Assembly: GCA_963725865.1 (NCBI GenBank)
Contig: CAVSAC010000010.1
Span: forward strand, 1,094,922 to 1,158,921
Reading direction: 5' to 3'
DNA: 64,000 nucleotides
Source: Candidatus Eiseniibacteriota bacterium
GTDB lineage: Bacteria; Eisenbacteria; RBG-16-71-46
The number at the start of each line of letters is the position of its first letter. Positions within the stretch are counted from its first letter, which is position 1. Positions 63,950 to 64,000 of this stretch are shown here, one piece after another. The translations under genes were made by a program, and so were the position numbers. Below the pieces are notes generated by a model. That model was not told the origin of the DNA. It ran no database searches and saw nothing but the letters and a program-made list of their open reading frames with translations.

Positions 63950-64000
63950 TGGCGGAGAGGGAGGGATTCGAACCCTCGAAGCCCCTTACGGGGCTTAACG
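63950..64000 (-). tRNA. tRNA-Ser, 3' half (anticodon outside window)
   Basis: Long variable arm AAGCCCCGTAAGGGGCTT, GGTTCGAATCC, acceptor CTCTCCGCCA with discriminator G. Confidence 0.85.

Overview
High-GC bacterial chromosomal segment, almost entirely encoded on the minus strand. The backbone is housekeeping synteny. It includes the liv branched-chain amino-acid ABC operon; ispE-spoVG-tRNA-Gln-prs-rplY-pth-rpsF-ssb-rpsR-DUF2232-rplI; rfbA-rfbD-gmhA-UbiA-like; tRNA-Ala-SRP RNA-dnaX-ybaB-recR; mglB-mglA-pgpA...cinA-thpR...recA...recX...alaS; a sigma54-type two-component system; ppa; and tRNA-Ser genes. Gene content and the style of the secreted proteins suggest an FCB-related lineage such as Candidatus Eisenbacteria (inference, not tested). 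Seven single secreted-protein genes are interleaved into this backbone and carry one of two mutually exclusive C-terminal tails. Five end in an Arg-rich T9SS/FlgD-Ig-like domain. Two unrelated proteins end in a short motif, [VI]VPAxRxSWGx[VL]KxIYR-COOH, a candidate uncharacterised sorting signal. One cassette is flanked by a 121-bp duplication of the recX 3' end, an integration footprint with no adjacent integrase. Other notable items are a catalytically dead, frameshifted XerC-like gene, a candidate LexA box in the recA promoter, a promoter embedded in ispE plus a uORF before spoVG, and a sigma54 promoter with an inverted-repeat enhancer. Three single-base frameshifts (alaS, a secreted paralog, the Xer-like gene) suggest assembly indel errors. 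No CRISPR, rRNA, IS or prophage was seen. All annotations come from motif recognition by eye, not from database searches.
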